64,000 bases of DNA from Deltaproteobacteria bacterium. Lineage in GTDB: Bacteria > Myxococcota > UBA727 > VGSZ01. The DNA lies in assembly GCA_020850995.1 (NCBI GenBank), contig JADZDP010000136.1, positions 114 through 64,113 of the forward strand, given 5' to 3'. This document shows, piece after piece, positions 40,475-50,782 of this stretch; position 1 is the stretch's first letter, and every line of letters starts with the position of its first letter. The notes under the pieces are model-generated. The model saw nothing but the letters and a program-made list of their open reading frames with translations. It was not told the origin of the DNA and did no database searches. A program made the position numbers and the translations under genes.

Positions 40475-41755
40475 ATGCACGTGACGGGATCCGGGCGTAC
40501 CGACGTCGGGAAGAAACGCGAGCACAACGAGGACTACCTCCTCCAGGTGCCCGAGCTCGGCCTGTACATGGTGTGCGACGGCATGGGCGGTCACGCGGGC
40601 GGCGAGGTCGCCTCCGAGACGGCGGCGCGCACGGTGCGCCAACACCTCGAGCAGCACCGCGAGGTGCTGGACCGCTACGACGAGAGCGGCCCGGCGCGCG
40701 ACAACCTGCTGCGCCTGGTGGACGAGGCCGTACAGCTCGCCTCCACCACGGTGTACGGCATCGCCACCTCGGAGCGCGGCAAGGCCGGCATGGGCACCAC
40801 GCTGACCATGCTGTTGGTGTTGAAGAACATCGGTGTCATGGGGCACGTGGGCGACACGCGCCTGTACCTGCACCGCGCCGGCCGCATGCATCAGCTCAGC
40901 GAGGACCACACCTACGTCAACGAGATGGTCCGGCGCGGCATGGCCTCGGCGGAGGTGGCCAAGAAGGGCCCCTACGCCAACGTCATCACGCGCGCGGTGG
41001 GCATCCAGTCAACGGTGCGGGCGGACACGCTCTTGTTCGACATCCTGCCGGGCGACACGCTGCTGTTGTGCTCCGATGGTCTGTCGAAGCACGTCGAGAG
41101 CATGGACGAGATCGGCCGTCTCTTGAGCGCCGGTGGGCCGGCGCAGGCCGCGCAGCGCCTGGTCGACCTCGCCAACGAGCGCGGCGGGGCCGACAACATC
41201 ACGGCGCTGGTGTTGCGCGCCGAGACCGATCAGGCAGGCGACGATGCCGATCGCAGCCGCACCACCGAGGTCAACCTCAAGCTCGACACGCTGAAAGACA
41301 TCAAGCTGTTCAGCAACCTCGATCTGGGCGAGCTGTGCAAGGTGCTCAACGTCGTGCGCGCACAGGAGATCGCGAAGGGCGAGGTGGTGCTGCGCGAGGG
41401 CGAGCCCGGCGACTCGCTCTTCGCCATCCTCGAGGGAAAGTTCGTGGTGTCACGCGCAGGACAGGCCATCACCTGGCTGGCGACGGGCGCCCACTTCGGC
41501 GAGATGACGCTGTTCAACAACCGCCCACGCTCGGCCACCATCGAGGCCATCGAGAAGTCGCGCGTGCTGGTGATGGAGCGCGAGCGCTTCGTGGAGCTGT
41601 TGCAGAAAGAGCCGCAGCTCGGGGTCAAGCTCTTGTGGACCTTCGCGCAGGTGCTGTCGCTGCGCCTCGACGAGACCAGCGTGCAGCTCTACGGCGCGGT
41701 CCAGGCAGACACGCGCGACACCGATCTGACGACGCCATTCAAGCGCGGCAGCTGA
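40475..41755 (+). CDS. PP2C-family Ser/Thr phosphatase fused to C-terminal cyclic-nucleotide-binding (CAP_ED) domain
   Basis: PP2C motifs DGMGGH, GTT, SDG, GGADNIT; cNMP domain FGEMTLF...RSATIEA. Confidence 0.8.
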   Translation: MHVTGSGRTDVGKKREHNEDYLLQVPELGLYMVCDGMGGHAGGEVASETAARTVRQHLEQHREVLDRYDESGPARDNLLRLVDEAVQLASTTVYGIATSERGKAGMGTTLTMLLVLKNIGVMGHVGDTRLYLHRAGRMHQLSEDHTYVNEMVRRGMASAEVAKKGPYANVITRAVGIQSTVRADTLLFDILPGDTLLLCSDGLSKHVESMDEIGRLLSAGGPAQAAQRLVDLANERGGADNITALVLRAETDQAGDDADRSRTTEVNLKLDTLKDIKLFSNLDLGELCKVLNVVRAQEIAKGEVVLREGEPGDSLFAILEGKFVVSRAGQAITWLATGAHFGEMTLFNNRPRSATIEAIEKSRVLVMERERFVELLQKEPQLGVKLLWTFAQVLSLRLDETSVQLYGAVQADTRDTDLTTPFKRGS

Positions 41756-41758
41756 CGG

Positions 41759-42316
41759 TCACCGCAGCCGAATACGCTTGCGCCGCGCGCCGTGCGCGGC
41801 CAACGGCGACGCCGTTGCCGTCGAGGTCACCAGCGCCTCCGCGGGGATGGCCGGCGCCTCCGCGGGGATGAGGGGCGCCGCCGCCGCGGGTGGCGTCAAG
41901 AACGCGCGCAAGGCGTCGCGGACCCGCGCGAGCTCGCCGCCGAGCCGATCGAGCTCGCCGAGGGCCCAGCGCACCTGGTGCTCGGCGTCGATCCTGCGCC
42001 GCTCGGCCGCTCGCGCCACGAGCTCCCCCTCCTCGCGGGCAGCGGCCAGCTCGATGGTCAGCTCCTCGATGAGCTGCTGGCGCATCATGCTCTCGGCGGC
42101 GAGCCGCGCGTCCTGCTCGGCGCGCAGCGCGACCATGCGTTGTCCGGCGTCCTTCCTCACGACATCGAGCGCGGCCTCCTTCTCGCGCGCGAGTCGGCGC
42201 AGCCGCTCCTCGTACTCCTCGCGCAGCGCTTGCAGGTCTTCGAAGTCGAAGGCGCCGCCGCTGGCCTCGGCAGGGGCCCCGCTGATTCCTGGTGCAGGTG
42301 CTCCGCTTAACGCCAT
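41759..42316 (-). CDS. hypothetical coiled-coil protein
   Basis: heptad-rich E/R/L sequence; low complexity makes this uncertain. Confidence 0.3.
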   Translation of the reverse strand: MALSGAPAPGISGAPAEASGGAFDFEDLQALREEYEERLRRLAREKEAALDVVRKDAGQRMVALRAEQDARLAAESMMRQQLIEELTIELAAAREEGELVARAAERRRIDAEHQVRWALGELDRLGGELARVRDALRAFLTPPAAAAPLIPAEAPAIPAEALVTSTATASPLAAHGARRKRIRLR

Positions 42317-42467
42317 GGCAGCTTCCGTTCGCAACATGGACCCTCCGGCACAGAGCAGGCGGTGGCAGGGCTGCAAGCCGCGATCCCGCACCATCGTCGC
42401 GTCCGGTGGCCGCGGCGGCGCGCACCGCGCCGTACCGGACGCTGACCGGGACGCGTCCGTGCCGAGA

Positions 42468-43628
42468 TCACGGACGCGCGCAGGCCGAGATCGGCTGCGT
42501 CCCAGCGCCGCTCGGCCGGTTCATGCTCACCGTCGTGCAGCGCGTCAGGCCGGCCGGGCAGTCGCTCGCGTCCACACACAGCTCGGTGCAGTAGCGCACG
42601 CCGTCATCGTTGATGGCGAAGTTGGTCTGGCACTCGCCGGCGGTGCTGACCACGGTGTTCGCCGGCTCGGTACCGCGGTGCTCGTTGCAGGCGGGCTCGA
42701 TGGCGTTGGCGACGTAGTCGCGCCGCAGCTGGCAGGAGCGCGTGGCCTCGGGGCAGTCGGCTTCACGCGCGCACGATGGGGCGCAGAAGGTGCCCGGGAT
42801 GTTGGTGTAGCCGCTGCCGGTGCAGATGCGAGCGCTGCCGCCGCAGTCGTCGTCGGCGTCGCAGGCGATGGTGCAGATGCCGGCCACGTCGCCGTCGCAC
42901 AGGCCGGTGGCGCAGTCATCGCCGTTCTCGAAGAAGGGACCGGCGCAGGTGTCGCCGAGCTGTCCCGTGCCGCTGCCGGCGACACCGCAGAACAGCTCGA
43001 GCTGGCCGCCCTGGTCGATGAGCTCGTTGCACACCTGCCCCGCGCTGGCGCAGTCGCCGTCCTCGTTGCAGGGCACGTCGTCGAGGTCGCCTCGGGGCAC
43101 GCACACGTCGGCCACGCCGCCGCCGCCATCGAAGCTGATGCTGCTGCTCTCGCAGCTCTGCGTGGCCTCGCAATCGCCGTCGTTGGCGCAGGGCGCGCTG
43201 CACTGACTCGCACCGTTGGCCAACCCGTCGGCCGACATGCACAGGCCGTGGTCGCAATCGTCGGGGTCGTCACAGGGGGATCCGGGGGGCAGCCCGGCGC
43301 CCGATGGCGCCTGACAGATAGTGGTCAACACCCCGCCCGTGGTGTCGAACGCGCAGTCGAGCGTGGGCAGGCAATCGTCGTCGGCGTCGCACGCAGCACC
43401 GACCTCACCAGTACCGTCGCCCTCGCCCTCGCCTTCACCTTCACCCTCACCTTCACCCTCACCTTCGCCCTCGCCTTCACCTTCACCCTCGCCCTCGCCT
43501 TCACCCTCGCCGCCCTCGCCTTCACCCTCGCCCTCACCTTCACCTTCGCCCTCGCCCACAGCCGTGACGCGCGGGCAGGCGCTGACGAGGAGGGCGAGCG
43601 TCGAGAGGGCGAAGAGCGAGACGCGCAT
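42468..43628 (-). CDS. secreted Cys-rich lipoprotein with (GE)n acidic linker
   Basis: lipobox LLVSAC; ~25 GE dipeptides; ~40 Cys in repeated CxxxDC / DDDC patterns. Confidence 0.55.
   Translation of the reverse strand: MRVSLFALSTLALLVSACPRVTAVGEGEGEGEGEGEGEGGEGEGEGEGEGEGEGEGEGEGEGEGEGEGEGDGTGEVGAACDADDDCLPTLDCAFDTTGGVLTTICQAPSGAGLPPGSPCDDPDDCDHGLCMSADGLANGASQCSAPCANDGDCEATQSCESSSISFDGGGGVADVCVPRGDLDDVPCNEDGDCASAGQVCNELIDQGGQLELFCGVAGSGTGQLGDTCAGPFFENGDDCATGLCDGDVAGICTIACDADDDCGGSARICTGSGYTNIPGTFCAPSCAREADCPEATRSCQLRRDYVANAIEPACNEHRGTEPANTVVSTAGECQTNFAINDDGVRYCTELCVDASDCPAGLTRCTTVSMNRPSGAGTQPISACARP
43417..43556. repeat. hexanucleotide (ccctcg/ccttca) microsatellite-like repeat coding (GE)n
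   Basis: read directly. Confidence 0.85.
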
Positions 43629-43701
43629 GGTGCTTGAGCCTACCAGCGCCACGCCGCTCGGTGGCCGGCGCCGGCTCGGTCGATCATCCGACCGTGAACG
43701 C

Positions 43702-44562
43702 TCAGGGCGTGGTGTCGTCGTTCTGCCAGTCGAAGTCGAACAGCTCGCTCTTGTCGATCAAGCGCAGCTCGGGCAGGTCGAGGAGCTTGCCCTGCACCAC
43801 CTCGAGCTCGTCGGCGGGAGCTGGCGCGCGCCGCAGCTTGGGCGAGACGAAGGCGTACTCGGTGACGCGGTCGCGCGCGGCGGCGATGAGCGGTGCGCCG
43901 TCGGGCATGGACCGAGAGCCGTCGCCCGGCGTGGGTCCGAGGAAGGAGCGGAAGGCGGCGCGCGTGGCGCGGTCGACGGGCCGCATGCGTACGCCCATGC
44001 GCAGCGGGTCGTCGGGCGACCAGCTCGCGACCTCGCCCTCGAAGCCAAACTCCTCGACGCTGACGGGGTGGACCAGGACGATGCGCACCGGCGCGCCGAT
44101 CTGCCGGAGCGCGGGCGTGACGTAGACGGTCGAGCGCGCCAGCACGATCTTCTCGAAGAACTCGAGGAGCGCGCCGGCGTCGCGCGGCTGGATGAGGAAA
44201 CAGGCTCCCGTCACGCCCGGCCGCGGGCGCGCGCGCAGCGTGGGGCGCTCGATGGCGCTGATGAAATCTTCCCAGCGGGCGCGCGCGGCGGCACCCAAGC
44301 AGAAGTAGCGCAGCCCGGCGCCCCCCTCGCGGTCGTGGCGCCGATCGACGTGGCGCGCCACCGTGGCCATGGCGTCGAAGGAGCCGCCCTCGAGCTTCAC
44401 GGTGAGCAAGAGCGCGTGCGATAGCGGCGGCGGATCGTCGCAGATCACGGAGAGCCCGTGGCGGCTGACGTCACCGGTGCGCACCCGACGGCGCTCCTTG
44501 CGCAGGTGCAGCTCCACGTCGAGCTCGCGCAGGTGGCGTTGGGCGTCACGTCGTTCTGCCAC
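43702..44562 (-). CDS. PilZ domain protein (N-terminal canonical PilZ + second PilZ-like barrel)
   Basis: RRDAQRH ... DVSRHGLSV (RxxxR / DxSxxG) near N-terminus. Confidence 0.5.
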   Translation of the reverse strand: MAERRDAQRHLRELDVELHLRKERRRVRTGDVSRHGLSVICDDPPPLSHALLLTVKLEGGSFDAMATVARHVDRRHDREGGAGLRYFCLGAAARARWEDFISAIERPTLRARPRPGVTGACFLIQPRDAGALLEFFEKIVLARSTVYVTPALRQIGAPVRIVLVHPVSVEEFGFEGEVASWSPDDPLRMGVRMRPVDRATRAAFRSFLGPTPGDGSRSMPDGAPLIAAARDRVTEYAFVSPKLRRAPAPADELEVVQGKLLDLPELRLIDKSELFDFDWQNDDTTP

Positions 44563-44610
44563 GCGCCGACTCTGTCAGATCCCTGCCGATCGGTCACCAC
44601 CCCGCACCGA

Positions 44611-45864
44611 TCACTCGTCCTCGATGACGATGGACGGTATCGGGCCGACGTTGGTCTTCTCCTTGCGCGTCTCGCTCACGAGCAGGCCAGAGGTGTCCGA
44701 GGGGAGCGGCTCGGTGCGCTTGACCTTCTTCTTCTTGACCACGGGCGCGGGGTCGTCGTGCGCCGGCGTTGGTGGTGGCGGCGCGTTCTGCTCGGGGAAC
44801 AGCACGCTGCGAAAGTGCGGGTGCGGTGCGTTGACCGGCGTGGGCTCGGCGTCGCCGGCGGGCTCGGTGCGCTGGTCGTGGATGCTCCGCATACGCGGAT
44901 CGGTCCGATCGCCGGGCCCGGCGAACACGCTGTCGGCGCTCGCCAGGGGCGCCCCCGTGGCCAGCGGCGCCGCCAGCGGCGGTGTGGGCGCGTCATGCGA
45001 CGAGAACACGTCGTCGCTGGCGTCGGGCAGCCCCAGGCTGGCGGGGTCGGGCGCGCGCAAGAGCGCCGAGACGTGCGCCGGCACCGCGGCGGGCGGCGCT
45101 GCGCTGCGACGCTCGAGGCGCCCGAGCACCTCGAGGTAGCGCAACAAGAGCGCGGCCTCGTCGGGCGGCAGCGTACCGGTCTCCACGAGGTCCGCGACCT
45201 TCTCCCAGCCGCCCACGATGCGCCGCAGGAAGCGCTCCTCGGCGGCGCCGAAGCCGAACGCCGCGAGCGGCGCGGGCAAGCCGAGCTCGTCGCCGGGCGC
45301 GTTGGTGATGCGCACCTGTTGCGTGCTCGCATGCTCGATCCACGCCGCGCGTGCGTCGCTGCCGAGCTGGGCACGCACGGCCAGGTAGACCACGCTGAAC
45401 AGGTCCATGGGCGTGGACGTGAAGCCGCTCAGGAACGACAGGCCCCGACAGAAGGTGAAGGCGCGGCTCCCGAGACGGCAGAAGTGCTCGGCCTTGCGCC
45501 GCGCCTGCGTGGTCAGCACCTCGCGCAGGCCGTCCTCGTCGAGCACGCCGAGCTCTTTGAACACCTGGCCCGCGAGCCGGTTCGACTCCGCGATGCGTCG
45601 CTGGGCGCGCACGAAGGTCTTGCCGTCGACCCGCCCGAGCTCGAGCAGCAGCTGACCGAGGGGGTGCGCGTACTCGGCGAGCGTGACGCCCACGGGACGG
45701 CCCTGCATGAAGTAGAGGTGGTTCTTGCCAACGGCGTCCTCCACCGTCAGGCGCCCGGTGGTGCGGCCGGCGTGCACCGCCAAGAGCACGTCGTAGACGG
45801 GGTCGGCGTCGAGGTGACCCTCGACGCAGGTGTCGTCTGGAACGCGGGTCGGATCGAAGGGCAT
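44611..45864 (-). CDS. DUF4388-domain protein with long disordered Pro/Ala-rich C-terminus
   Basis: N-terminal GRLTVEDAVGKNHLYFMQGRPV pattern typical of DUF4388; start at MPFDPTRV. Confidence 0.45.
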   Translation of the reverse strand: MPFDPTRVPDDTCVEGHLDADPVYDVLLAVHAGRTTGRLTVEDAVGKNHLYFMQGRPVGVTLAEYAHPLGQLLLELGRVDGKTFVRAQRRIAESNRLAGQVFKELGVLDEDGLREVLTTQARRKAEHFCRLGSRAFTFCRGLSFLSGFTSTPMDLFSVVYLAVRAQLGSDARAAWIEHASTQQVRITNAPGDELGLPAPLAAFGFGAAEERFLRRIVGGWEKVADLVETGTLPPDEAALLLRYLEVLGRLERRSAAPPAAVPAHVSALLRAPDPASLGLPDASDDVFSSHDAPTPPLAAPLATGAPLASADSVFAGPGDRTDPRMRSIHDQRTEPAGDAEPTPVNAPHPHFRSVLFPEQNAPPPPTPAHDDPAPVVKKKKVKRTEPLPSDTSGLLVSETRKEKTNVGPIPSIVIEDE

Positions 45865-46032
45865 GGCCAGGGTCGCTCGCGGCCTCCGCGCCGACCATAG
45901 CGAAAACGCGGGCATCCGTTCAGGTCCTTGGCAACGACTGTCCCAACGCGAATGCCGCCGGCGCCCGGCGTGTTCGACCGGGCAGGGACTGTGCGCTTGC
46001 CCCGATCACGACGAGTGGTAGCTTTGCCGCCG

Positions 46033-48597
46033 ATGACCACCCCCGCGCCACGGCTGGAAAACGAGCGCGCCAGGGCCGGGCTCTTCTGGCGCCTGGTGCG
46101 CTTCGCGGCCTTCCTCGGGGGGGTAGGGGCGCTGGCCGGCGCCGCCGTGGGAGCCGTGGCCTTCGTGGCCTACTCACGCGACCTGCCGGAATTCACCGAC
46201 GTCTCGCAGTACCGCCCCAAGCTCGCCACCAAGGTGCTCTCGGTGGATGGTCGCCTCATCGGCGAGTTCTACGTCGAGCGCCGCGTGGTCGTCCCCTACG
46301 AGCGCGTCCCCAAGCGCCTGATCCAGGCCTTCATCGCCGCCGAGGACAAGAAGTTCTTCGACCACCACGGCATCGACTACCTCGGCATGGCCAACGCCGT
46401 GCTGCAGAAGGTGACGGGCCAGACCAAGAAGCTGCGCGGCGCCTCCACCATCACGCAGCAGCTGGCCAAGAGCCTGCTCATCTCGTCCGAGGGCTTTGGC
46501 GCGGGCACCGAGCGCAGCATCAAGCGCAAGGTGCGCGAGGCCATCTTGGCGTCGCGCCTCGAGAGCAACCTCAACAAAGAAGAGATCCTCTGGCTCTACC
46601 TGAACCAGGTGTACCTGGGGCACGGCGCCCACGGCGTGCAGGCGGCGGCGGAGAACTACTTCCGCAAAGACGTGCAAGAGCTGACCTTGGCCGAGATGAG
46701 CGTGCTGGCAGGCCTGCCCCAGGCGCCCAGCCGCTTCTCGCCCTTCATCAACCCCTCGGCCGCGCGCGCGCGCCAAGAATACGTGCTCGAGCGCATGGAG
46801 AAGGACGGCTACATCAGCGCGGCCGAGCGCACCGAGGCGCAGGCGCTCTCCGTCGAGAAGACCGTGCACGCGCGCGACGACAGCTTCCTCGACACGGCGC
46901 CCTACTTCACCGAGCACGTGCGTCGCCACATCGTGGAGACCTACGGCAACAAGGAGCTGCTCGAGGGCGGCCTGACGGTGTGGACCACCCTCGACCTCGA
47001 GCGCGAGAACTACGCCGAGACGGCGCTCATCAACGGCGTGCGCGTCACCGACAAGCGCCAGGGGTACCTGGGCCCCGTGGCGCAGCTCAAGGACGACGCG
47101 CAGGTGCAGAAGGTGCTCGACGTCGTCGACGGCAAGATGCTGAAGGGCAAGGCGCCCACCGAGGGCACGCCGGTGCTGGCGGTGGTCACCGCCGTCGACC
47201 TCGAGCACCAGTGGGCCGAGGTGCAGCTCGGCAAGGCGCACAAGGGCCGCCTGCCGCTCGCCGGCATGCGCTGGGCGCGCAAGCTCAACCCCTCGCAGAA
47301 CTGGGAGTTCCACAAGGTCGAGAGCGTGCGCGAGGTGGTCAAGAAGCACGACGTGGTGCTGGTGCAGCCCTGGTTCTCCAAGGCCAAGTTCCTCGAGAAC
47401 GCCATGGGCGCCGCCGAGAGCGTGCAGAAGCTGCCCGACGAAGCCGAGGTCAACGCCGAGCGCCCGCTGTGCACGCTCGATCAGGTGCCGCGCGTGCAGG
47501 GCTCGCTCATCTCCATGAACCCGCACACGGGCTACGTCGAGGCGATGATCGGCGGCTACTCGTACGAGGACAGCGAGTTCAACCGCGCCGAGCAGAGCTG
47601 CCGCCAACCGGGGTCGGCCTTCAAGCCCATCGTCTACTCGGCGGCGGTGGTGCGCGAGGGCTTCACCCCCGCCACCATGGTGCTCGACACGCCCATCACC
47701 CTGCGCGACGAAGACATCGGCAAGAGCTGGAAGCCGCAGAACTTCGAGGGCGCCTTCAAGGGCGAGGTGACCGTGCGCGAGGCCATCTCGTTCTCCATGA
47801 ACATGCCCGCGCTGCACACCATGCTGGCCGTGGGCGTGAAGGACGTGGTGGCCTGGGGCAAGCACATGGGCATCAAGACGCAGCTGAAAGAGGAGCTCGG
47901 CACCGCGCTCGGCTCCTCGTGCGTGACCCCGTGGGAGCTGACCAGCGTGTACACCACCTTCGCGCGCATGGGGCTGCGCCCCGAGCCCGTGTACATCAAG
48001 CGCATCATCGACCGCGACGGCAAGGTGCTCGAGCAACATGCGAGCCCCAACGACCCGTGGCAGACGCACGCGCAGCGCATCGACTCGGCCTATCGCCTCC
48101 TCGAGGAGCGCCCCTTGCGCGCCATGAGCACCGAGGAGACGTACATCGTGCACTGGCTGCTCACGCAAGTTGCCACGCGCGGCACCGCGGCCAACGCGTC
48201 GCGCCTGCACCGGCCGGTGGCGGGCAAGACGGGCACCACCAACGACAGCTTCGACACCTGGTTCGCCGGCTACACGTCCACGCTCGTGACCACGGTGTGG
48301 GTGGGCTACGACACCTACGAGTACCCGCTCTCCGTGGGCGAGCAGGGCGGCAAGACCTCGCTGCCCATATGGCTTGGCTACATGGAGCCCTCGCTGCGCG
48401 GCAAGACCGAGCCCGAGTGGAACGCACCGGCGGGCATCTGCAACGCGCGCGTCGACGGGCGCACCGGCAAGCGCATCTACAGCGACCTGCCGGGCTCCTT
48501 CATCGCGCCCTTCCTGTGCGGCAAAGAGCCCGAGTCCGCCGGCGCAGGCGGCACGCCCGAGAGCCTCGACGAGGCGCAGAAAAAGGGCGGCATCTGA
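46033..48597 (+). CDS. mrcA: penicillin-binding protein 1A (bifunctional transglycosylase/transpeptidase)
   Basis: GT51 motifs EDKKFFDHHGID, RQGASTITQQ; TPase SAFKP, SMN, KTGTT. Confidence 0.9.
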   Translation: MTTPAPRLENERARAGLFWRLVRFAAFLGGVGALAGAAVGAVAFVAYSRDLPEFTDVSQYRPKLATKVLSVDGRLIGEFYVERRVVVPYERVPKRLIQAFIAAEDKKFFDHHGIDYLGMANAVLQKVTGQTKKLRGASTITQQLAKSLLISSEGFGAGTERSIKRKVREAILASRLESNLNKEEILWLYLNQVYLGHGAHGVQAAAENYFRKDVQELTLAEMSVLAGLPQAPSRFSPFINPSAARARQEYVLERMEKDGYISAAERTEAQALSVEKTVHARDDSFLDTAPYFTEHVRRHIVETYGNKELLEGGLTVWTTLDLERENYAETALINGVRVTDKRQGYLGPVAQLKDDAQVQKVLDVVDGKMLKGKAPTEGTPVLAVVTAVDLEHQWAEVQLGKAHKGRLPLAGMRWARKLNPSQNWEFHKVESVREVVKKHDVVLVQPWFSKAKFLENAMGAAESVQKLPDEAEVNAERPLCTLDQVPRVQGSLISMNPHTGYVEAMIGGYSYEDSEFNRAEQSCRQPGSAFKPIVYSAAVVREGFTPATMVLDTPITLRDEDIGKSWKPQNFEGAFKGEVTVREAISFSMNMPALHTMLAVGVKDVVAWGKHMGIKTQLKEELGTALGSSCVTPWELTSVYTTFARMGLRPEPVYIKRIIDRDGKVLEQHASPNDPWQTHAQRIDSAYRLLEERPLRAMSTEETYIVHWLLTQVATRGTAANASRLHRPVAGKTGTTNDSFDTWFAGYTSTLVTTVWVGYDTYEYPLSVGEQGGKTSLPIWLGYMEPSLRGKTEPEWNAPAGICNARVDGRTGKRIYSDLPGSFIAPFLCGKEPESAGAGGTPESLDEAQKKGGI

Positions 48598-49911
48598 TCA
48601 CGGCGAGGTCGTCTCGTCGGAGGCGCGCGGCTTGATCACGCGGATGGTGCGGATGCGCCGCGGCGTGCTCTCCAAGATCTCGAGGATGGTGCCGTCTTCG
48701 GCCACCACGCGCTCGCCGGGCGCGGGGATGTGGCCGGCCAGCGCGATGCAATAGCCGGCGATGGTGGCCCACAGCTCACCCTCGGGGAGCGCCACATCGA
48801 GCTGTCGGTTGACCTCGCGGATGGGCGTGGTGCCGAGCACCCAGGCGCTGCCGTCGGGGCGCAGGCGCACGGGTGCGGGGCCGCCGCGGTCGTCCTCGGA
48901 GAAGAGCTCGCCTACCAGCTCTTCGAGCAGGTCCTCCATGGTGACGATGCCGGCCATGCCGCCGCGCTCGTCCACCACGATGGCGAGGTTGACGTGGCTC
49001 TTCTGCATGTCGCCGAGCACGGCCACGCCCTTCATGGACTCGGGGTAAAAGGTGGCGGGGCGCAAGAGCTCATCGATGGACATGGGCGTGCGCTCGAAGG
49101 CGGCGCCGAGCAGGTCGCGTGCCGCCAGGTAGCCGATGACGTTGTCGAGGCTGTCATCGAACACCGGCACACGTTGGTGCGGCGTCTCCAAGAACAGGCG
49201 GCGCACCTCGTCGGCGGTGGCGCTGCGCTCGAGCGCGATGACGCGCGGTCGCGGCACCATGATGTCGGCCAAGGTCAGGCCCGTCATCTCGATGGCGCGG
49301 GCCGCGATCTCGGAGGAGCGCGCGTCGAGCGAGCCGCTGCGCCCGGCCTCTTCGAGCGCCTGCGTGATCTCCTCGGGCGACAGGCGCGCCTCGGAGAACG
49401 TGGTGCGATCGCCGAAGAAGCGCAGCACCAGGTTGCTCGAGGCCTCGAGGAACCACACCGCCGGTCGCGCCACCGACGAGAGCCACAAGAGCGGGCGCGC
49501 CACCAAGAGCGAGTAAATCTCGGAGAAGCGCAGCGCCAGCGACTTGGGCACCAGCTCGGCGGCCACCAGCTCGATGTAGCTCACCATGGCCACACCGAAG
49601 CCGAAGGCGATGGCCTCCCAGTAATTGGCGAGCGCGCCGATGCTCGCCAATGCCGGGCTCGCCAAGGTGGCGAACGCCGGCACACCTACCGCCGCGAGCA
49701 GCGCGCCGATGATGGTGATACCGATCTGCACCGTGGCGAGAAAGCGCTCGGGGCGCTCGCGCAGCTTCTCTACGTCGCGCGCCAGGCCGCTGCCGTCGTC
49801 GACCATCTGCCGCAAGCGCGTCTTGCGCAGGGCGACGACGGCGATCTCGGAGCCCGCGAGCACGCCGTGCAAGAGCACCAACACGCCGACGAACACGAAG
49901 GTGGCGATCAT
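48598..49911 (-). CDS. HlyC/CorC (CNNM) family transporter: DUF21 + CBS pair + CorC_HlyC
   Basis: 4 TM then CBS domains then C-terminal transporter-associated domain. Confidence 0.8.
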   Translation of the reverse strand: MIATFVFVGVLVLLHGVLAGSEIAVVALRKTRLRQMVDDGSGLARDVEKLRERPERFLATVQIGITIIGALLAAVGVPAFATLASPALASIGALANYWEAIAFGFGVAMVSYIELVAAELVPKSLALRFSEIYSLLVARPLLWLSSVARPAVWFLEASSNLVLRFFGDRTTFSEARLSPEEITQALEEAGRSGSLDARSSEIAARAIEMTGLTLADIMVPRPRVIALERSATADEVRRLFLETPHQRVPVFDDSLDNVIGYLAARDLLGAAFERTPMSIDELLRPATFYPESMKGVAVLGDMQKSHVNLAIVVDERGGMAGIVTMEDLLEELVGELFSEDDRGGPAPVRLRPDGSAWVLGTTPIREVNRQLDVALPEGELWATIAGYCIALAGHIPAPGERVVAEDGTILEILESTPRRIRTIRVIKPRASDETTSP

Positions 49912-49969
49912 CGTCGCCGACCCTGCCACGAGCCGTCAGCGGTGCGAAGCGAGGATGCGGCGCGCGCCG

Positions 49970-50560
49970 TCAGCGCGCCTTGGCCAGGTTCGCCGCCACG
50001 AACTCCCAGTTCACCAGCTTGTCGAAGAAGGCCTGCACGTAGGCGGCGCGCTGGTTCTGGTAGTCGAGGTAGTACGCGTGCTCCCACACATCGACGGTGA
50101 GGAGCGGCTGCGCCGCGGTGGTGAGCGGCGTCTCCGCGTTCGGCGTGCTCACGATCTTGAGCGTGCCGCCGTCGGCCACCAGCCAGGCCCAGCCGCTGCC
50201 GAAGCGGCCGGTGCAGGCGGCCTTCATCTCCTCCACGAACTTGGCGTAGCTGCCGAACGCCACGTCGATGCGCTTGGCCAGCTCGCCCGTGGGTGCACCG
50301 CCGCCGCCGGGCTTCATGCCGCGCCAGAAGAAGGTGTGGTTCCACACCTGCGCGGCGTTGTTGAAGATGGGGCCTGCAGGCGCGCTCTTGACCACGTCCT
50401 CGAGGCCCTTGGTGGCGTAGTCGGTTCCCTCGACGAGCTTGTTGAGCGCGTCGACGTAGGCCTTGTGGTGCTTGCCGTAGTGGAAGCTGATGGTCTTGCG
50501 CGAGTACACAGGCTCGAGCGCGTCGTCGGAGTAGGGCAGCGCGGGAAGCTCGAAGGGCAT
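49970..50560 (-). CDS. sod: Fe/Mn superoxide dismutase
   Basis: LPALPY, HHxKHH, DVWEHAYY motifs. Confidence 0.9.
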   Translation of the reverse strand: MPFELPALPYSDDALEPVYSRKTISFHYGKHHKAYVDALNKLVEGTDYATKGLEDVVKSAPAGPIFNNAAQVWNHTFFWRGMKPGGGGAPTGELAKRIDVAFGSYAKFVEEMKAACTGRFGSGWAWLVADGGTLKIVSTPNAETPLTTAAQPLLTVDVWEHAYYLDYQNQRAAYVQAFFDKLVNWEFVAANLAKAR

Positions 50561-50782
50561 GGAATCCTCCAACGGGCCAGTGAGCCCGCTTCTGCACTTC
50601 GATGCGCCGCTGGCCCCGTGGTTGCGAGGCAGCGCGCGCAGGCGCTAGCGGCGGCGCGCACGGGCGTGCCGGGCCCCGGCCCGCGCTCCCGCGCGAGCCC
50701 CCGGCGATAAAACGAAAAACTCCCAAGTTTACAACCACATCCCACAGTTGCCCATTTGCGCATTATTGAATACCGTTGCACC

